A DNA stretch of 64,000 nucleotides from Candidatus Magasanikbacteria bacterium CG10_big_fil_rev_8_21_14_0_10_36_32 (GTDB lineage Bacteria > Patescibacteriota > Patescibacteriia > Magasanikbacterales > GWA2-37-8): positions 239,766 to 303,765 of the forward strand of contig PFBV01000003.1 of NCBI GenBank assembly GCA_002778465.1, in the 5' to 3' direction. Below the pieces are notes generated by a model. That model had not been told where the DNA came from. It saw only the letters and a program-made list of their open reading frames with translations, and did no database searches. The translations under genes were made by a program, and so were the position numbers. Positions within the stretch are counted from its first letter, which is position 1, and the number at the start of each line of letters is the position of its first letter. This document shows positions 20,920 to 31,299 of the stretch, piece after piece.

Positions 20920-22227
20920 ATGCCTATTAATATACTTTTACTTGCATATCTTGTCTGTTTCATTTTCTTGGCTTGGAAAAATTTTCGTTTAGCTATTGGT
21001 TGGCTTATTTTATGTTTACCAGCTTATCTTATCCGATTTAACTTTGGGCCATTACCCAGTACTTTGTTGGAAATCAATTTTGCCGTAATTTTTATTATTT
21101 GGCTGATACGTTATTTTAAAACAGATTGGTTAAATATTAAATCTACCATAAAACAAAACAAAACAATCTTCGTTTTTGTTGGTTTTTTTTTATTATCAAC
21201 TATTGTCAGTATTTTTTGGGGCGCTTGGGACGACCCGGTTTTCTCTCGTTCAATTTTAAAAGCTACAGGTATTTGGCGCGCTTATTTTTTAGAACCTTTA
21301 TTATTGTTTTTTGTTTTAATTGGACGTAATGGAGACAGTACAACAAATAAATCAAAAATCAAAAGTAATGATTTGGTAAAATTTTTAGTTATTTCTGGTT
21401 TAAGTGTCGGTTTGCTGGCTATTGTTCAAAAAATAACCGGCTATCTTTATTCGCCAAGCTTATGGGATGACGTTTTAAACGGACGAGTAACATCTTTTTT
21501 TACTTCACCAAATGCCATCGGTTTATATTTGTCACCACTAGTAGCACTGTTGGCAATATTATTATTAAAAAGAAAAGAAGAAAAATTTAATTTTCTAAAA
21601 ATCACACTTTATATATTATTGCTATTAATTATTTTAACAGCAATAATTTTCAGTTTTTCACAAGGCGCTTGGGTAGCATTGGGTGTGGCTTTTGTTTTTT
21701 GCGCTATTATTTTTGGTTATAAAAAAATTGCCATATTTACTATTATGACAGCCGTTATTATGGCGTGGACAATTCCTTCACTTAAAGAAGCGGTGACTTT
21801 TAATGATCAAGCGGGGCGCAATCGCTTAGAATTATGGAAATATTCAGCTGAATATTTAACAACTTCACCGACAAATTTTATTTTTGGATCAGGCTTAAGA
21901 CAATTTTTTAATGAAGTACAGAGACCGCACTATGACGTAAAAAAAATGGAACGCCTCATATATCCCCACAACTTACTTTTAAATTTCTGGCTGGAAACAG
22001 GCTTACTTGGAATGATTTCGTTTGTTGGAATTTTAATTTGCGCGAGTTCATTATCTATTCTTCTGTGTAAAAAAAATTTAATGTTAGGTGCGGGTTTTTT
22101 GTTGGCTCTGCTTATTATTTTTATTCATGGCCTGGTTGATGTCCCCTATTTTAAAAATGATTTGTCTATGATATTTTGGATAATTATCGCTTCTATACTA
22201 ATGACCAAAAGTCAGCCTGAAAAATAA
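20920..22227 (+). CDS. O-antigen ligase (WaaL/Wzy_C) family membrane protein
   Basis: multi-TM, F..PN, R..LW, G.G, PHN...ETG. Confidence 0.85.
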   Translation: MPINILLLAYLVCFIFLAWKNFRLAIGWLILCLPAYLIRFNFGPLPSTLLEINFAVIFIIWLIRYFKTDWLNIKSTIKQNKTIFVFVGFFLLSTIVSIFWGAWDDPVFSRSILKATGIWRAYFLEPLLLFFVLIGRNGDSTTNKSKIKSNDLVKFLVISGLSVGLLAIVQKITGYLYSPSLWDDVLNGRVTSFFTSPNAIGLYLSPLVALLAILLLKRKEEKFNFLKITLYILLLLIILTAIIFSFSQGAWVALGVAFVFCAIIFGYKKIAIFTIMTAVIMAWTIPSLKEAVTFNDQAGRNRLELWKYSAEYLTTSPTNFIFGSGLRQFFNEVQRPHYDVKKMERLIYPHNLLLNFWLETGLLGMISFVGILICASSLSILLCKKNLMLGAGFLLALLIIFIHGLVDVPYFKNDLSMIFWIIIASILMTKSQPEK

Positions 22228-22232
22228 TAATT

Positions 22233-22733
22233 ATGTTTTTTTATTATTTTTATTCAATAATTACCGCTCCGGGTGTAGTCATTCACGAATTAAGTCACAC
22301 TATTTTTTGCCTGCTGTCTGGAGTAAAAATATATAAAATAAATCTTTTCAAATTCGGACGAATCGCCGGCTATGTTGTGCACGACGAACCCAAGAAAGTT
22401 TACCAAAGCTTCCTGATTTCTTTCGGACCATTATTTATTAATTCTTTTTTGGCCCTTTGTCTATTTTCACAAATTATTCCTCCTTATTTAAATTTGCTTA
22501 ATATAATTTATTTTTGGCTTGGTGGAGCAATAGCTTTACATGCCATTCCCTCAACTGGCGACGCGCAAGCGCTATTCAAAGCGACTAATCACGGATTTTG
22601 GAAAAATCCAACAGTACTCATCATTTATCCTTTTATTTTGTTGCTTTATATTTTAAATTTTTTTAGACGACTCCATTTAGATATTATTTATTTTATTCTT
22701 TTACTTTGGTTGGGAAATATTTATTTAAAATAA
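22233..22733 (+). CDS. membrane HExxH metalloprotease-like protein
   Basis: HELSH, PSTGD, hydrophobic. Confidence 0.75.
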   Translation: MFFYYFYSIITAPGVVIHELSHTIFCLLSGVKIYKINLFKFGRIAGYVVHDEPKKVYQSFLISFGPLFINSFLALCLFSQIIPPYLNLLNIIYFWLGGAIALHAIPSTGDAQALFKATNHGFWKNPTVLIIYPFILLLYILNFFRRLHLDIIYFILLLWLGNIYLK

Positions 22734-22762
22734 AACCCCCGATTTAAATCGGGGGTTTTATT

Positions 22763-23218
22763 TTAAATTTTCTTGTCTGGCGGCAAATCATGTGAATGAA
22801 TTTTAACCCATCTATTATCATCAATCACAAAAACAATTAAAACTAAAATACTTACTATTACGGCCATCAAATAAAAACCAAGACCAATGGCCATACCAAT
22901 GGCAGCGGATATCCACAAGCCAGCAGCAGTAGTTAAACCAATTGTTCTGTCTTCCCGATGCAAAATTACACCGGCACCCAAAAAACCGATACCGGTAATA
23001 ACTTGAGCGGCAATACGAGCCGGATCTTTATCAAAAGCTAAAACCGACAAAACAGTAAACAAAGTTGAACCTGCGGTCACCAAAGCATAAGTTCGAGTAC
23101 CCGCATCTTTGCCACGTATTCCTCTTTGCCAACCAATAATGCCGCCCAAAATAATTGCGGCCAAAACCTGTCCAATCGGATAAAGTTGCGGTAAAAAACT
23201 TTGAAAATCAAAATCCAT
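22763..23218 (-). CDS. MgtC/SapB family protein
   Basis: AGTRT, DPARIAAQVITGIGFLGAG, GLTTAA. Confidence 0.93.
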   Translation of the reverse strand: MDFDFQSFLPQLYPIGQVLAAIILGGIIGWQRGIRGKDAGTRTYALVTAGSTLFTVLSVLAFDKDPARIAAQVITGIGFLGAGVILHREDRTIGLTTAAGLWISAAIGMAIGLGFYLMAVIVSILVLIVFVIDDNRWVKIHSHDLPPDKKI

Positions 23219-23338
23219 ATAAAAACAATTAAAAATGATAATTTATATAATTATATAATATAAAAATTATTAAAACAAGAGATAACTGAAAATTGACTTT
23301 TATAAAAAATTATGGTATATTGTTCTCAACTTTTTAAT

Positions 23339-23411
23339 GGGCCGATAGCTCAGCTGGTAGAGCACCGCGTTTGCAACGCGGGGGTCCGGGGTTCGAATCC
23401 CCGTCGGTCCA
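23339..23411 (+). tRNA. tRNA-Ala(UGC)
   Basis: cloverleaf, anticodon TGC, G3:U70 pair. Confidence 0.95.
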
Positions 23412-23467
23412 CAAAAATAAAAACCCCGCCTATTTAGTAGGCGGGGTTTAAATTTAAAAAGAACAAA

Positions 23468-25345
23468 TTAGGACATTAAAATACTGGACGGTAGAAGTAA
23501 AGGTTCTGATCGGGGCACATCAAACCCCAACTCACAACATAGATTCTCTGCTTCTATAATCAAATCTTCCAAACTGATTTTAATTCCTTTAACCCAAAAA
23601 TCCAAATTCTCCAAATTTAAACCGAACGGTTTCAATAAATCTGTGGTGGATTTAGAACCGCCGGCTCGCAAAAAATCAAGATACAACGGTTCAAAAGATG
23701 AACCGATAGCCGCGCGTTGAGCATACAAACTACTGGTCAACAAATCAGCAAAGGCATATCCATAAACATAAAATGGCCGATGAAAATGAGGAATGGTTGA
23801 CCATAAATGATTGATGTTTTCATAAGTGAAAACTTCACCTTCTTGACCATAGAGTGATTTGGTGGTCTCAATCCAGATTGAATTAATTTCATGAACAGAC
23901 AACCATCTTCTCGCTCCATGCAATCGTCGTTCAAAATTGGAAAAACCTATTTGGCGAACTATGGTATTGATAGTATCATTGATTCGTTCCATCAACAACT
24001 TCAACAGTCTTTTCTTGTCGCCGCTTTTTACCAATTCTGATTTAAATCTGTCGAAAACAAGCATCTCGCCAAAAGTCGAGGCTGTTTCACAAAGAGCTGT
24101 GGGAGAATGAGACATTAAAGTTCCTTGTGCGGCGCCAGACAATAAACCATGGACTGAATGTCCTAACTCGTGTGCCAAAGTCATCACATCGCGGCCAGAG
24201 CCGCGGTAATTCATTAAAGTAAACGACACGGGATAATTACCCGGCAAAACTGTAGACAAATTAAATGCCCCCGTGTGCTTGTTTGGCATAGCGACAGCAT
24301 CAATTCTTCCATCCTTCAACATAGTCACAACCAATCCAGCCAAAGTCGGAGAAAAATCATTATAGGCAGACACCACCAAATTAAACGCTTGGTTGAAAGA
24401 TATTTTTTTATCCTTACCTTTCAAACAAGAAATTGAGGCGTTGCGATCACTCCAACGAAGTGTTGGAATATTCATCAACAAACCTTTGAGACGATAGTAC
24501 CGCTTCACCAACGGACTGGCAAACATTTTCGTTGCTATATGCAAATTATCAACTACGGCATCAGAAACGCCATTACTTCTGTTTTGAACAGACATTGGAC
24601 TCTGGTAGCCGCGCTCTTTATCTTCAACTGCTTTTTCTCCAACAATAACATTAAGTGTCTGAGCGGAATAAGCGGCAAAAATTTTACCTAACTCATCATT
24701 AATTAATTTCAATGCAAGGGCTCGAACATCGGCACTGTGGTTATTTGATAAAACATAAAACATATCGGCAAGCGTAAGCTGTCTATGACAAAAATCAAAC
24801 TTCAAATTTGCTTCCATTACTCCAAAAAACTCACTCCAGGTTTCCGAACCAAAAGATGAGCGCTTATTCAAAGCAATTTCTACTTCTTCAGAAAGCATAT
24901 GCGATTTTTCAAGACGCATATCATTAATCATTGGCCGATATTTAGCAACAACCGCGTCGATCACGGTCAATTGATCAATTATTTCTTCTTCCATTGACAC
25001 AACTTCAAAATCAAAAAAGGTCAAATATTCACTTGTTGCTTTTTGAAGAACTCGACTTACATTGTTTGATTTTGCAGAAACAGGAGTATCAGAAATATCC
25101 AAATTGTGTTTGAGCGACAAAAAACAATACAACTTGTTAAGCAAACAATTAATTTTGTCATAATCAACCAATGCCAATCCAAGCTTTGTGGAAAGTTGTC
25201 CTTTGTAATCAGTGTAAAAATTTTTCATCATTACTAAAACTAATTGAATATCAGCGTCAATCTGAGAATCATTAATGTCTTTGTAAAAGCAGCCAAGATT
25301 CCACCGCGCTTTTTTAACACCATACTTATCGCTTTTCTTGTCCAT
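23468..25345 (-). CDS. M3 family oligoendopeptidase (PepF-like), stand-alone unit between tRNAs
   Basis: AHELGHSVH, ETAS, PHFHRPFYVYGYA; AGGAG before ATG 25345. Confidence 0.9.
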   Translation of the reverse strand: MDKKSDKYGVKKARWNLGCFYKDINDSQIDADIQLVLVMMKNFYTDYKGQLSTKLGLALVDYDKINCLLNKLYCFLSLKHNLDISDTPVSAKSNNVSRVLQKATSEYLTFFDFEVVSMEEEIIDQLTVIDAVVAKYRPMINDMRLEKSHMLSEEVEIALNKRSSFGSETWSEFFGVMEANLKFDFCHRQLTLADMFYVLSNNHSADVRALALKLINDELGKIFAAYSAQTLNVIVGEKAVEDKERGYQSPMSVQNRSNGVSDAVVDNLHIATKMFASPLVKRYYRLKGLLMNIPTLRWSDRNASISCLKGKDKKISFNQAFNLVVSAYNDFSPTLAGLVVTMLKDGRIDAVAMPNKHTGAFNLSTVLPGNYPVSFTLMNYRGSGRDVMTLAHELGHSVHGLLSGAAQGTLMSHSPTALCETASTFGEMLVFDRFKSELVKSGDKKRLLKLLMERINDTINTIVRQIGFSNFERRLHGARRWLSVHEINSIWIETTKSLYGQEGEVFTYENINHLWSTIPHFHRPFYVYGYAFADLLTSSLYAQRAAIGSSFEPLYLDFLRAGGSKSTTDLLKPFGLNLENLDFWVKGIKISLEDLIIEAENLCCELGFDVPRSEPLLLPSSILMS

Positions 25346-25494
25346 CTTTTTTATTCTCCTTGTTTGTGGATTTTTGAACATCCTAAATTGTAAGGAACAT
25401 ACCTAATTTTCTTTATCATCCGACAAAAACATAACTTTGTCAAGCGGGGTTGACATTTCTTAAAATTTCATTTATAATTAAAACGTTAAAAATC

Positions 25495-25566
25495 GCCGAG
25501 GTAGCTCAGTGGTAGAGCGAAGGACTGAAAATCCTTGCGTCGCGAGTTCAATCCTCGCCCTCGGCA
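25495..25566 (+). tRNA. tRNA-Phe(GAA)
   Basis: cloverleaf, anticodon loop CTGAAAA; promoter TTGACA 25450 / TATAAT upstream. Confidence 0.95.
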
Positions 25567-25644
25567 CAAAAATCCTAAACTCTAAACATTAAACTCCAAA
25601 CTTGCTTTGAGACTTGAGAATTGGGGTTTAGGATTTTTTATATC

Positions 25645-25718
25645 CGGGGTGTAGCTCAGTTGGCTAGAGCGCCTGCTTTGGGAGCAGGAGGCCGCAGGTT
25701 CAAGTCCTGTCACCCCGA
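25645..25718 (+). tRNA. tRNA-Pro(UGG)
   Basis: cloverleaf starting CGGGGTG, anticodon TGG. Confidence 0.95.
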
Positions 25719-25917
25719 CAAAAAACAGCGAACTTGTTTCGCTGTTTTATCTTAATACTTAAAATAAATAGCTACTTTATTTAAATTTAATAAATAAGCC
25801 GATTTTGCTATTTTTTAAAAATCAATATAACCTAATTTTCTATTGACTTTTTATTATGTTAATTGTACTATTCAATTTACAATTAATCAGAATATATTTC
25901 TATAATAAACTTTATTT

Positions 25918-26721
25918 ATGGGCATAAAAGAATTTTTTTACGATAATGTTAGGTATCAAATTGATAACACCAAAACAGTTGGAAATGGCGGAGATATTGA
26001 CGAAACCACATTTACCATTTTTGTTGACAAGGGGGTGCCTGAAAAATTTTTAGAGGGTATTGCCGTACATGAAATTGAAGAAAGAAAGTTATTAAAAAAA
26101 GGACATAGCTATGTTTTTTCACATAATGAGGCGCAAAAAAAAGAAGCGGAATTTTATGAAAAAATTTACGGAAAAGATAGTGGTGTAAAAGTTTTGGGTG
26201 AAGAAGAAAAGGTTATTTTAACAATCACTCATCGTCGCAGTGTTTCAAAAAAATCAAAAATAATTTCTCAGGAATTGGAAAATGTTCCACCTCCGGCACG
26301 GCCAATTATTGATATTGATAATATTTTACAAGTAATTTTTGATAACAAGAGATACATTATAGATAATACTGAGCGACTAATCGGTACTCTGGTTGATATT
26401 TATGAAAAAGGCGACGGCGGCACTATCTATATTGATCGTGATGTGCCGGAAAGATTTTACGAAGGATTGATGTTAAGTGAATTAGTAACCAGAAAATCTT
26501 TAAAAAAAGGATTGAGTTGGAGAGAAGCCAACGCAGAAGGAAATAAAGCTGAAGAAGAATATTTAGTAAGCGAATATGGCGCTCAGGAAGGAAAAGAATT
26601 AATCGCCGATGAAATGAATTTTCAAGCTTGGAAATTTGCAACAGAAAAAAAAGAATTCAATCTGCCTGATGGAACCGGACATAAAGTTATTTACGAAAAA
26701 GATGAAATCCTGCCAAAATAA
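25918..26721 (+). CDS. hypothetical protein with two tandem zincin-like domains
   Basis: internal duplication; HEIEE...H in first copy only. Confidence 0.7.
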   Translation: MGIKEFFYDNVRYQIDNTKTVGNGGDIDETTFTIFVDKGVPEKFLEGIAVHEIEERKLLKKGHSYVFSHNEAQKKEAEFYEKIYGKDSGVKVLGEEEKVILTITHRRSVSKKSKIISQELENVPPPARPIIDIDNILQVIFDNKRYIIDNTERLIGTLVDIYEKGDGGTIYIDRDVPERFYEGLMLSELVTRKSLKKGLSWREANAEGNKAEEEYLVSEYGAQEGKELIADEMNFQAWKFATEKKEFNLPDGTGHKVIYEKDEILPK

Positions 26722-26724
26722 TTA

Positions 26725-29706
26725 TCAAACTTTACGTTTAAACACGGCGCCCAATACTAGGGCGCCTGTTTTTTTGGCAACAGTTTTAAGTACAGTTCCT
26801 TTTGCTCGACCAATAAAGCCTAATAATAAAGCGGTTAAACCGCCAATGGTGGCGGTCAAATAGTTTTCCGCATTTTTTTTCGGAATAACATCCGCTGCTG
26901 CCAACACTTCTTTTTTAATTAAATCTTCCGACATACCGATTAATTGAATATCGCCGGTACTTCGAGGCCAAAGTTGAAAATCTCCACTTTTTTCTTCTAA
27001 AATTCCAACCACAGACACATTCATTCCTTCTTGAAATTGTTTTTTATTTATCTTGGCGCCTTGTTTAAAATAAATCATAATTTCATCCTGTCCATCATCA
27101 ACATACATACCACTAGTTTTTATTTCCGTAATTTCTCCGGAAATTTTTATCAAACTGCCCAATTTTTCTTCCTGTAAATCTGACAAAATACACGGTTGCG
27201 AATCTAAAAATTTTTCTAATTCTAACACATCAATCATTTCGCTATTCGTTATTTTAATTCGTTTGATGTTTTGATTTACAGAAATTTCTCCGCTCACTTC
27301 AATAAAATCACCAATTTTTAACGGGGGAAAATCTTTTTTATAATTATAAACTTGAATTCCGCCATTTTCATCTCCTAAATAAAAAAATTGAACACCAAAA
27401 ACTCCCGGTAAAACAGTGACTGTTCCGCGTGTTATAATTTTTTCTCCACCATCTAACAAACGCGCTTCGGTTAAAGTGGAAAAATTTTCAATTCCGTCAC
27501 TTAAATAATTACCGCCATCGGACAATTCTTCATCCGATTGATTAATTTGGCCTGGGGTAATATATATTGTCCATTGCCATTCATCCGCAAACACCGAATA
27601 ACTCTTTCCGGATGGGCTGGTGCCAAATTTAATCAAATCAACCGTTTGTGAATCACGAGTCAACAATTCAATTTTATCCCCCTGATTGTTTAAACTGAAA
27701 CGAGTAACTGCGCGGTCAAAAACCAAATAACTATCCGCATTTATTTTTGTGCTTACCGGAAAAATATATTCTTGACCATTTTGACGACGTAAACGCCAGC
27801 CAGACAAATCAATTACTGATTCTCCTGAATTATAAATTTCAACAAACTCTTTTAAATCATCTCCTGCGGGATTTGATAAAATTTCTGAAATAATTATGCC
27901 TGTATTGTTTGCTGACAAACCTCGTCCAATGATAACTTCTATAATTTTGGAAGCACCGCTGCCGTTGGTGCTAGTGGCTGAAATTAAAATTGCAAACACG
28001 CCGGAAGTGCTAAACACTCTTTCTACCTCTCCGCCAAACAAAATTTCTCCATCACCAAAATTCCAAACAAAATTTAACTCTCCCCCACGTCTGTCAAATG
28101 AATCTTCGGCGTCAAAAATCAACATCTCACCAATCTCTCCGCCCGCAGGCGCATTTATTTTTAAAATTATTTCATTATCAATTTGAATAATTTCATTTTC
28201 TGTTCCGGACGTCGGCTTACTTGACCACAACCACTTTCCCTCTATATTGCGGCAATAACTTTCGCTTTCTTTGGCTCGATCATATTCAATCGCATCAATT
28301 GTCTCATTTTTTTCATTATACAATTTAACTGTTTCTTTGGTTGTGTTATTTAAAGAAATTTTTGTCAGACTTCTTGGCCAAGAAACTATTTGTTGCGGAA
28401 AAATAATTCCAGAAAGACTAAAAGTTTGTACCGCATCGCCAATTTTCCAACCACTTAAGTCAATCATTGAATTAGAAATATTTTTAATTTCTATAAATTC
28501 CCCAACAACATCAGGTCCGGACGGATTCGGAAAAATTTCATTAATTACCACACCATAACTAATTCTGTCTGATGTTTCAAAAACTGCCGGTAATGTCTGA
28601 ACCTGTGAATCTGAGGCGCCACCACTTCCACTGGATGACTGGTGGGTAATTACAGGTAATACAATCACATTAACTGCGCCAGGAGTTAATTGCGTGGTAA
28701 TTGACCAGTCCGCCGGACTGTCAGAATCAACTCCATCAATTTTTCTGCCCAAAGCTTGATTTTTATTTGGTAACAAATCAGCGCCATAATCTATTCTATC
28801 AACAATCTCTCCGGATAAATTTCTTAAAACCACACTGTCGCCATCATTGTTCAAATAACTATTGCCGGCTAAATCAATCAAAAACCAACCGCCAGAAAAT
28901 ATTGTTCCGGAAATATTTTTACAAGTTGAGGTGCTTTCCCGTGAATCACAAATCAATCCACCGGTTAAATTTAAACTACTGGTAGACAGATTATATAACT
29001 CTACCCACTCATTTCCAGACTCTGGATTAGAAACAAATTCATTTATCTTTATTTGTGGCCAAATAATTAACGGGTTTGCGAATTCAACCAGTATATCAGA
29101 AACTGATTCTACCGGTTCTTCCGGAGTGGTAGTGGCAATTCCAATGGTGGAAGTATTATTGTTAATTATTTCATCAGTATAAACACTATTAATAAAACCA
29201 ACGGTGTTGCCAGACAAATGTTCCTGCCAATTAGAATTGTCATAAATTAACAAATATGGATTTTTTCTTTCCAAAGAAAAATTAATCGCGGAAACATAAG
29301 AAAACTGTTCAATAAAATTATTTTCAGAGTCTTTAATTCCAATTTCTTCTCCGCTCTCATTTAAACCGCTCCAGGAAGAATCAAATATTGAACCGCTAAA
29401 AGACGGAAAATCAACCAAAAACTGATTCGCATCCTGACAAATTACGGCGTATTCACCAGAATCAATAATACTATCAGTGGTGCTGACACTCAAACCGTGA
29501 TTAGTGTTATTTTCCCAAAATTTCCAGCCGGATAAATCTACTGAATCAGAACCCTTGTTCCAAATTTCAATCCATTCATGCGTACTGGTTGCGTAAGCGC
29601 CAATTTCATTAATAATAATATCCGAATTGGCTGACCAACAAAATTTTGCAAAAATAAAAAAACTGCCCACCATTACAGCTGTCAGCAGTTTTTTTATTTT
29701 AACCAC
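26725..29706 (-). CDS. surface protein with multiple lamin-tail domains, PKD and OB-fold domains
   Basis: signal peptide, four I[NS]E...E[WF][IV]E[IL].N repeats, WNFGDG PKD, C-terminal TM. Confidence 0.85.
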   Translation of the reverse strand: MVKIKKLLTAVMVGSFFIFAKFCWSANSDIIINEIGAYATSTHEWIEIWNKGSDSVDLSGWKFWENNTNHGLSVSTTDSIIDSGEYAVICQDANQFLVDFPSFSGSIFDSSWSGLNESGEEIGIKDSENNFIEQFSYVSAINFSLERKNPYLLIYDNSNWQEHLSGNTVGFINSVYTDEIINNNTSTIGIATTTPEEPVESVSDILVEFANPLIIWPQIKINEFVSNPESGNEWVELYNLSTSSLNLTGGLICDSRESTSTCKNISGTIFSGGWFLIDLAGNSYLNNDGDSVVLRNLSGEIVDRIDYGADLLPNKNQALGRKIDGVDSDSPADWSITTQLTPGAVNVIVLPVITHQSSSGSGGASDSQVQTLPAVFETSDRISYGVVINEIFPNPSGPDVVGEFIEIKNISNSMIDLSGWKIGDAVQTFSLSGIIFPQQIVSWPRSLTKISLNNTTKETVKLYNEKNETIDAIEYDRAKESESYCRNIEGKWLWSSKPTSGTENEIIQIDNEIILKINAPAGGEIGEMLIFDAEDSFDRRGGELNFVWNFGDGEILFGGEVERVFSTSGVFAILISATSTNGSGASKIIEVIIGRGLSANNTGIIISEILSNPAGDDLKEFVEIYNSGESVIDLSGWRLRRQNGQEYIFPVSTKINADSYLVFDRAVTRFSLNNQGDKIELLTRDSQTVDLIKFGTSPSGKSYSVFADEWQWTIYITPGQINQSDEELSDGGNYLSDGIENFSTLTEARLLDGGEKIITRGTVTVLPGVFGVQFFYLGDENGGIQVYNYKKDFPPLKIGDFIEVSGEISVNQNIKRIKITNSEMIDVLELEKFLDSQPCILSDLQEEKLGSLIKISGEITEIKTSGMYVDDGQDEIMIYFKQGAKINKKQFQEGMNVSVVGILEEKSGDFQLWPRSTGDIQLIGMSEDLIKKEVLAAADVIPKKNAENYLTATIGGLTALLLGFIGRAKGTVLKTVAKKTGALVLGAVFKRKV

Positions 29707-29809
29707 AAATTTAAATCAGCATTTTAATTGCCGATATTATAACAGCAAAAAAATAAAAAGCAAGATAATGGGGTGGATAAGTTTATTGAAAATAACACGC
29801 CAAAAAAAC

Positions 29810-29986
29810 TTACTGTTTTAAAGTTTTAATAATGGCGATAGTTAAGGTTGTTACAAAACCAATAATCAAAACAATAGAGGCGATAAAAGAAATCATCTCA
29901 TTAATACCAAACCATCGGGCGAAAGCGGTATGCATAATATATGCTTCCACTGATAAGCCCAAAAGTAAAAATGCTGTTTTATACAT
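29810..29986 (-). CDS. small two-TM protein
   Basis: hydrophobic ORF directly downstream of the GerMN gene. Confidence 0.5.
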   Translation of the reverse strand: MYKTAFLLLGLSVEAYIMHTAFARWFGINEMISFIASIVLIIGFVTTLTIAIIKTLKQ

Positions 29987-30014
29987 ATACAATATTATTA
30001 TTAAAAAATTTTAA

Positions 30015-30902
30015 TTATGGTTGTAAAATATCATCAACACGACCATTGACTGAAATTATTACTTCCTTAACGGTTGAAAATTGTTTTAGAGTTTCAATAA
30101 TTTGAGCGCGGATGGCCGTCACACGACACGAACCGCCCACTTGAAATTCAATCTCATCATCAAAATCAATTTTTAAAATTCCATTGTTTAAATCCAAACT
30201 ATTAATTTTTACTCCACTGTTGATATTGGTAAAAAATCCATTATTTTTTTCTTCCTCGGTTACGCCTTTTAACAATTCTTCCATACTGGCGTTAGCAACC
30301 GCTTCTGTTTTTTTAATTTTCCTTTCAACTGGAAAAACTTTATTACAGGAAAATTCCGGATCCATTTTGTTATTGTTAAAAAAAACTTTTATTGTTTGTC
30401 CGAATTTAACCGGGTAAGATTCAGATTTATTATTTTTCGGCAAATCAGACGGATTGTCATTTTTCAAAACCAAGGTGCCAGTTGTGGTGTTTGGAATTTT
30501 AAAATCTATTATTCCTTTGAAAAGAACAGGGTTAGACGTCATCCATTCTTCTTGCGCTTGCAACGACGCAACCGCTATTTGCAAACCATTGGCATCATAA
30601 AGTTCAGCAATAGCATTAGCCTCAAAATACCAATCCCCGGGCATTATTCCTTCTAAAATCAACGGACTAACAAGAAATTCATTAAAAGCTGGCTTGATTA
30701 ATTTAGTTGCATAAATTTCTCCGCAACTTTCACTGGGCATTGGCGTAGTCGGTTGTCCATGTTTAACCCATTGGTTTTCAACGCAAATCCACGAATCTTC
30801 ATCTCCACCAACAACAAACCTCGATATCAGTACCACCAACCCAACTATGGTTAAAAAAATTATAAAAAATAATATCTTTTTCATATATACATTATACCTC
30901 AA
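30015..30902 (-). CDS. Gmad2 Ig-like + GerMN domain protein
   Basis: WYFEA, DNPS, GGSCRVTAIRAQI..TLKQF. Confidence 0.85.
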   Translation of the reverse strand: MRYNVYMKKILFFIIFLTIVGLVVLISRFVVGGDEDSWICVENQWVKHGQPTTPMPSESCGEIYATKLIKPAFNEFLVSPLILEGIMPGDWYFEANAIAELYDANGLQIAVASLQAQEEWMTSNPVLFKGIIDFKIPNTTTGTLVLKNDNPSDLPKNNKSESYPVKFGQTIKVFFNNNKMDPEFSCNKVFPVERKIKKTEAVANASMEELLKGVTEEEKNNGFFTNINSGVKINSLDLNNGILKIDFDDEIEFQVGGSCRVTAIRAQIIETLKQFSTVKEVIISVNGRVDDILQP

Positions 30903-31299
30903 AACTATCTTTTCTTCTACTTTTCTTTTTTAAAGATGATTTTGTTTTGCCTTCCAATCTTTTAATCTTGGAGGCTTTGGTGGGTTTGGTTAGTAAACGT
31001 TTTTTTCTTGGTTTTAAAATTTTATTTATCAATCTATTTAATCTTTCAACTGTTTTGGTTTTATTCTGAAATTGCGAACGTTCTTCTTCAGAACTGATTA
31101 TTATTTCATCATTTTTATTCAATTGATTATGAAAGCTGGCGCGAATTATTTCTTTCTGATCCAACGAAAAAATTGCCGACTGCCCGACAGACCAACGCAA
31201 CTGAACTTTACTTGATGTTTTATTAACTTTTTGTCCACCCGGTCCGGATGAACGAATAAAATCAAATTTTAATTCATTGTCAGGGATAGAAAAAATCAT
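30892..31299 (-). CDS. arfB: alternative ribosome rescue peptidyl-tRNA hydrolase ArfB
   Basis: RSSGPGGQKVNK, RSQ.QN, basic tail. Confidence 0.92.
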   Translation of the reverse strand: MIFSIPDNELKFDFIRSSGPGGQKVNKTSSKVQLRWSVGQSAIFSLDQKEIIRASFHNQLNKNDEIIISSEEERSQFQNKTKTVERLNRLINKILKPRKKRLLTKPTKASKIKRLEGKTKSSLKKKSRRKDSFEV

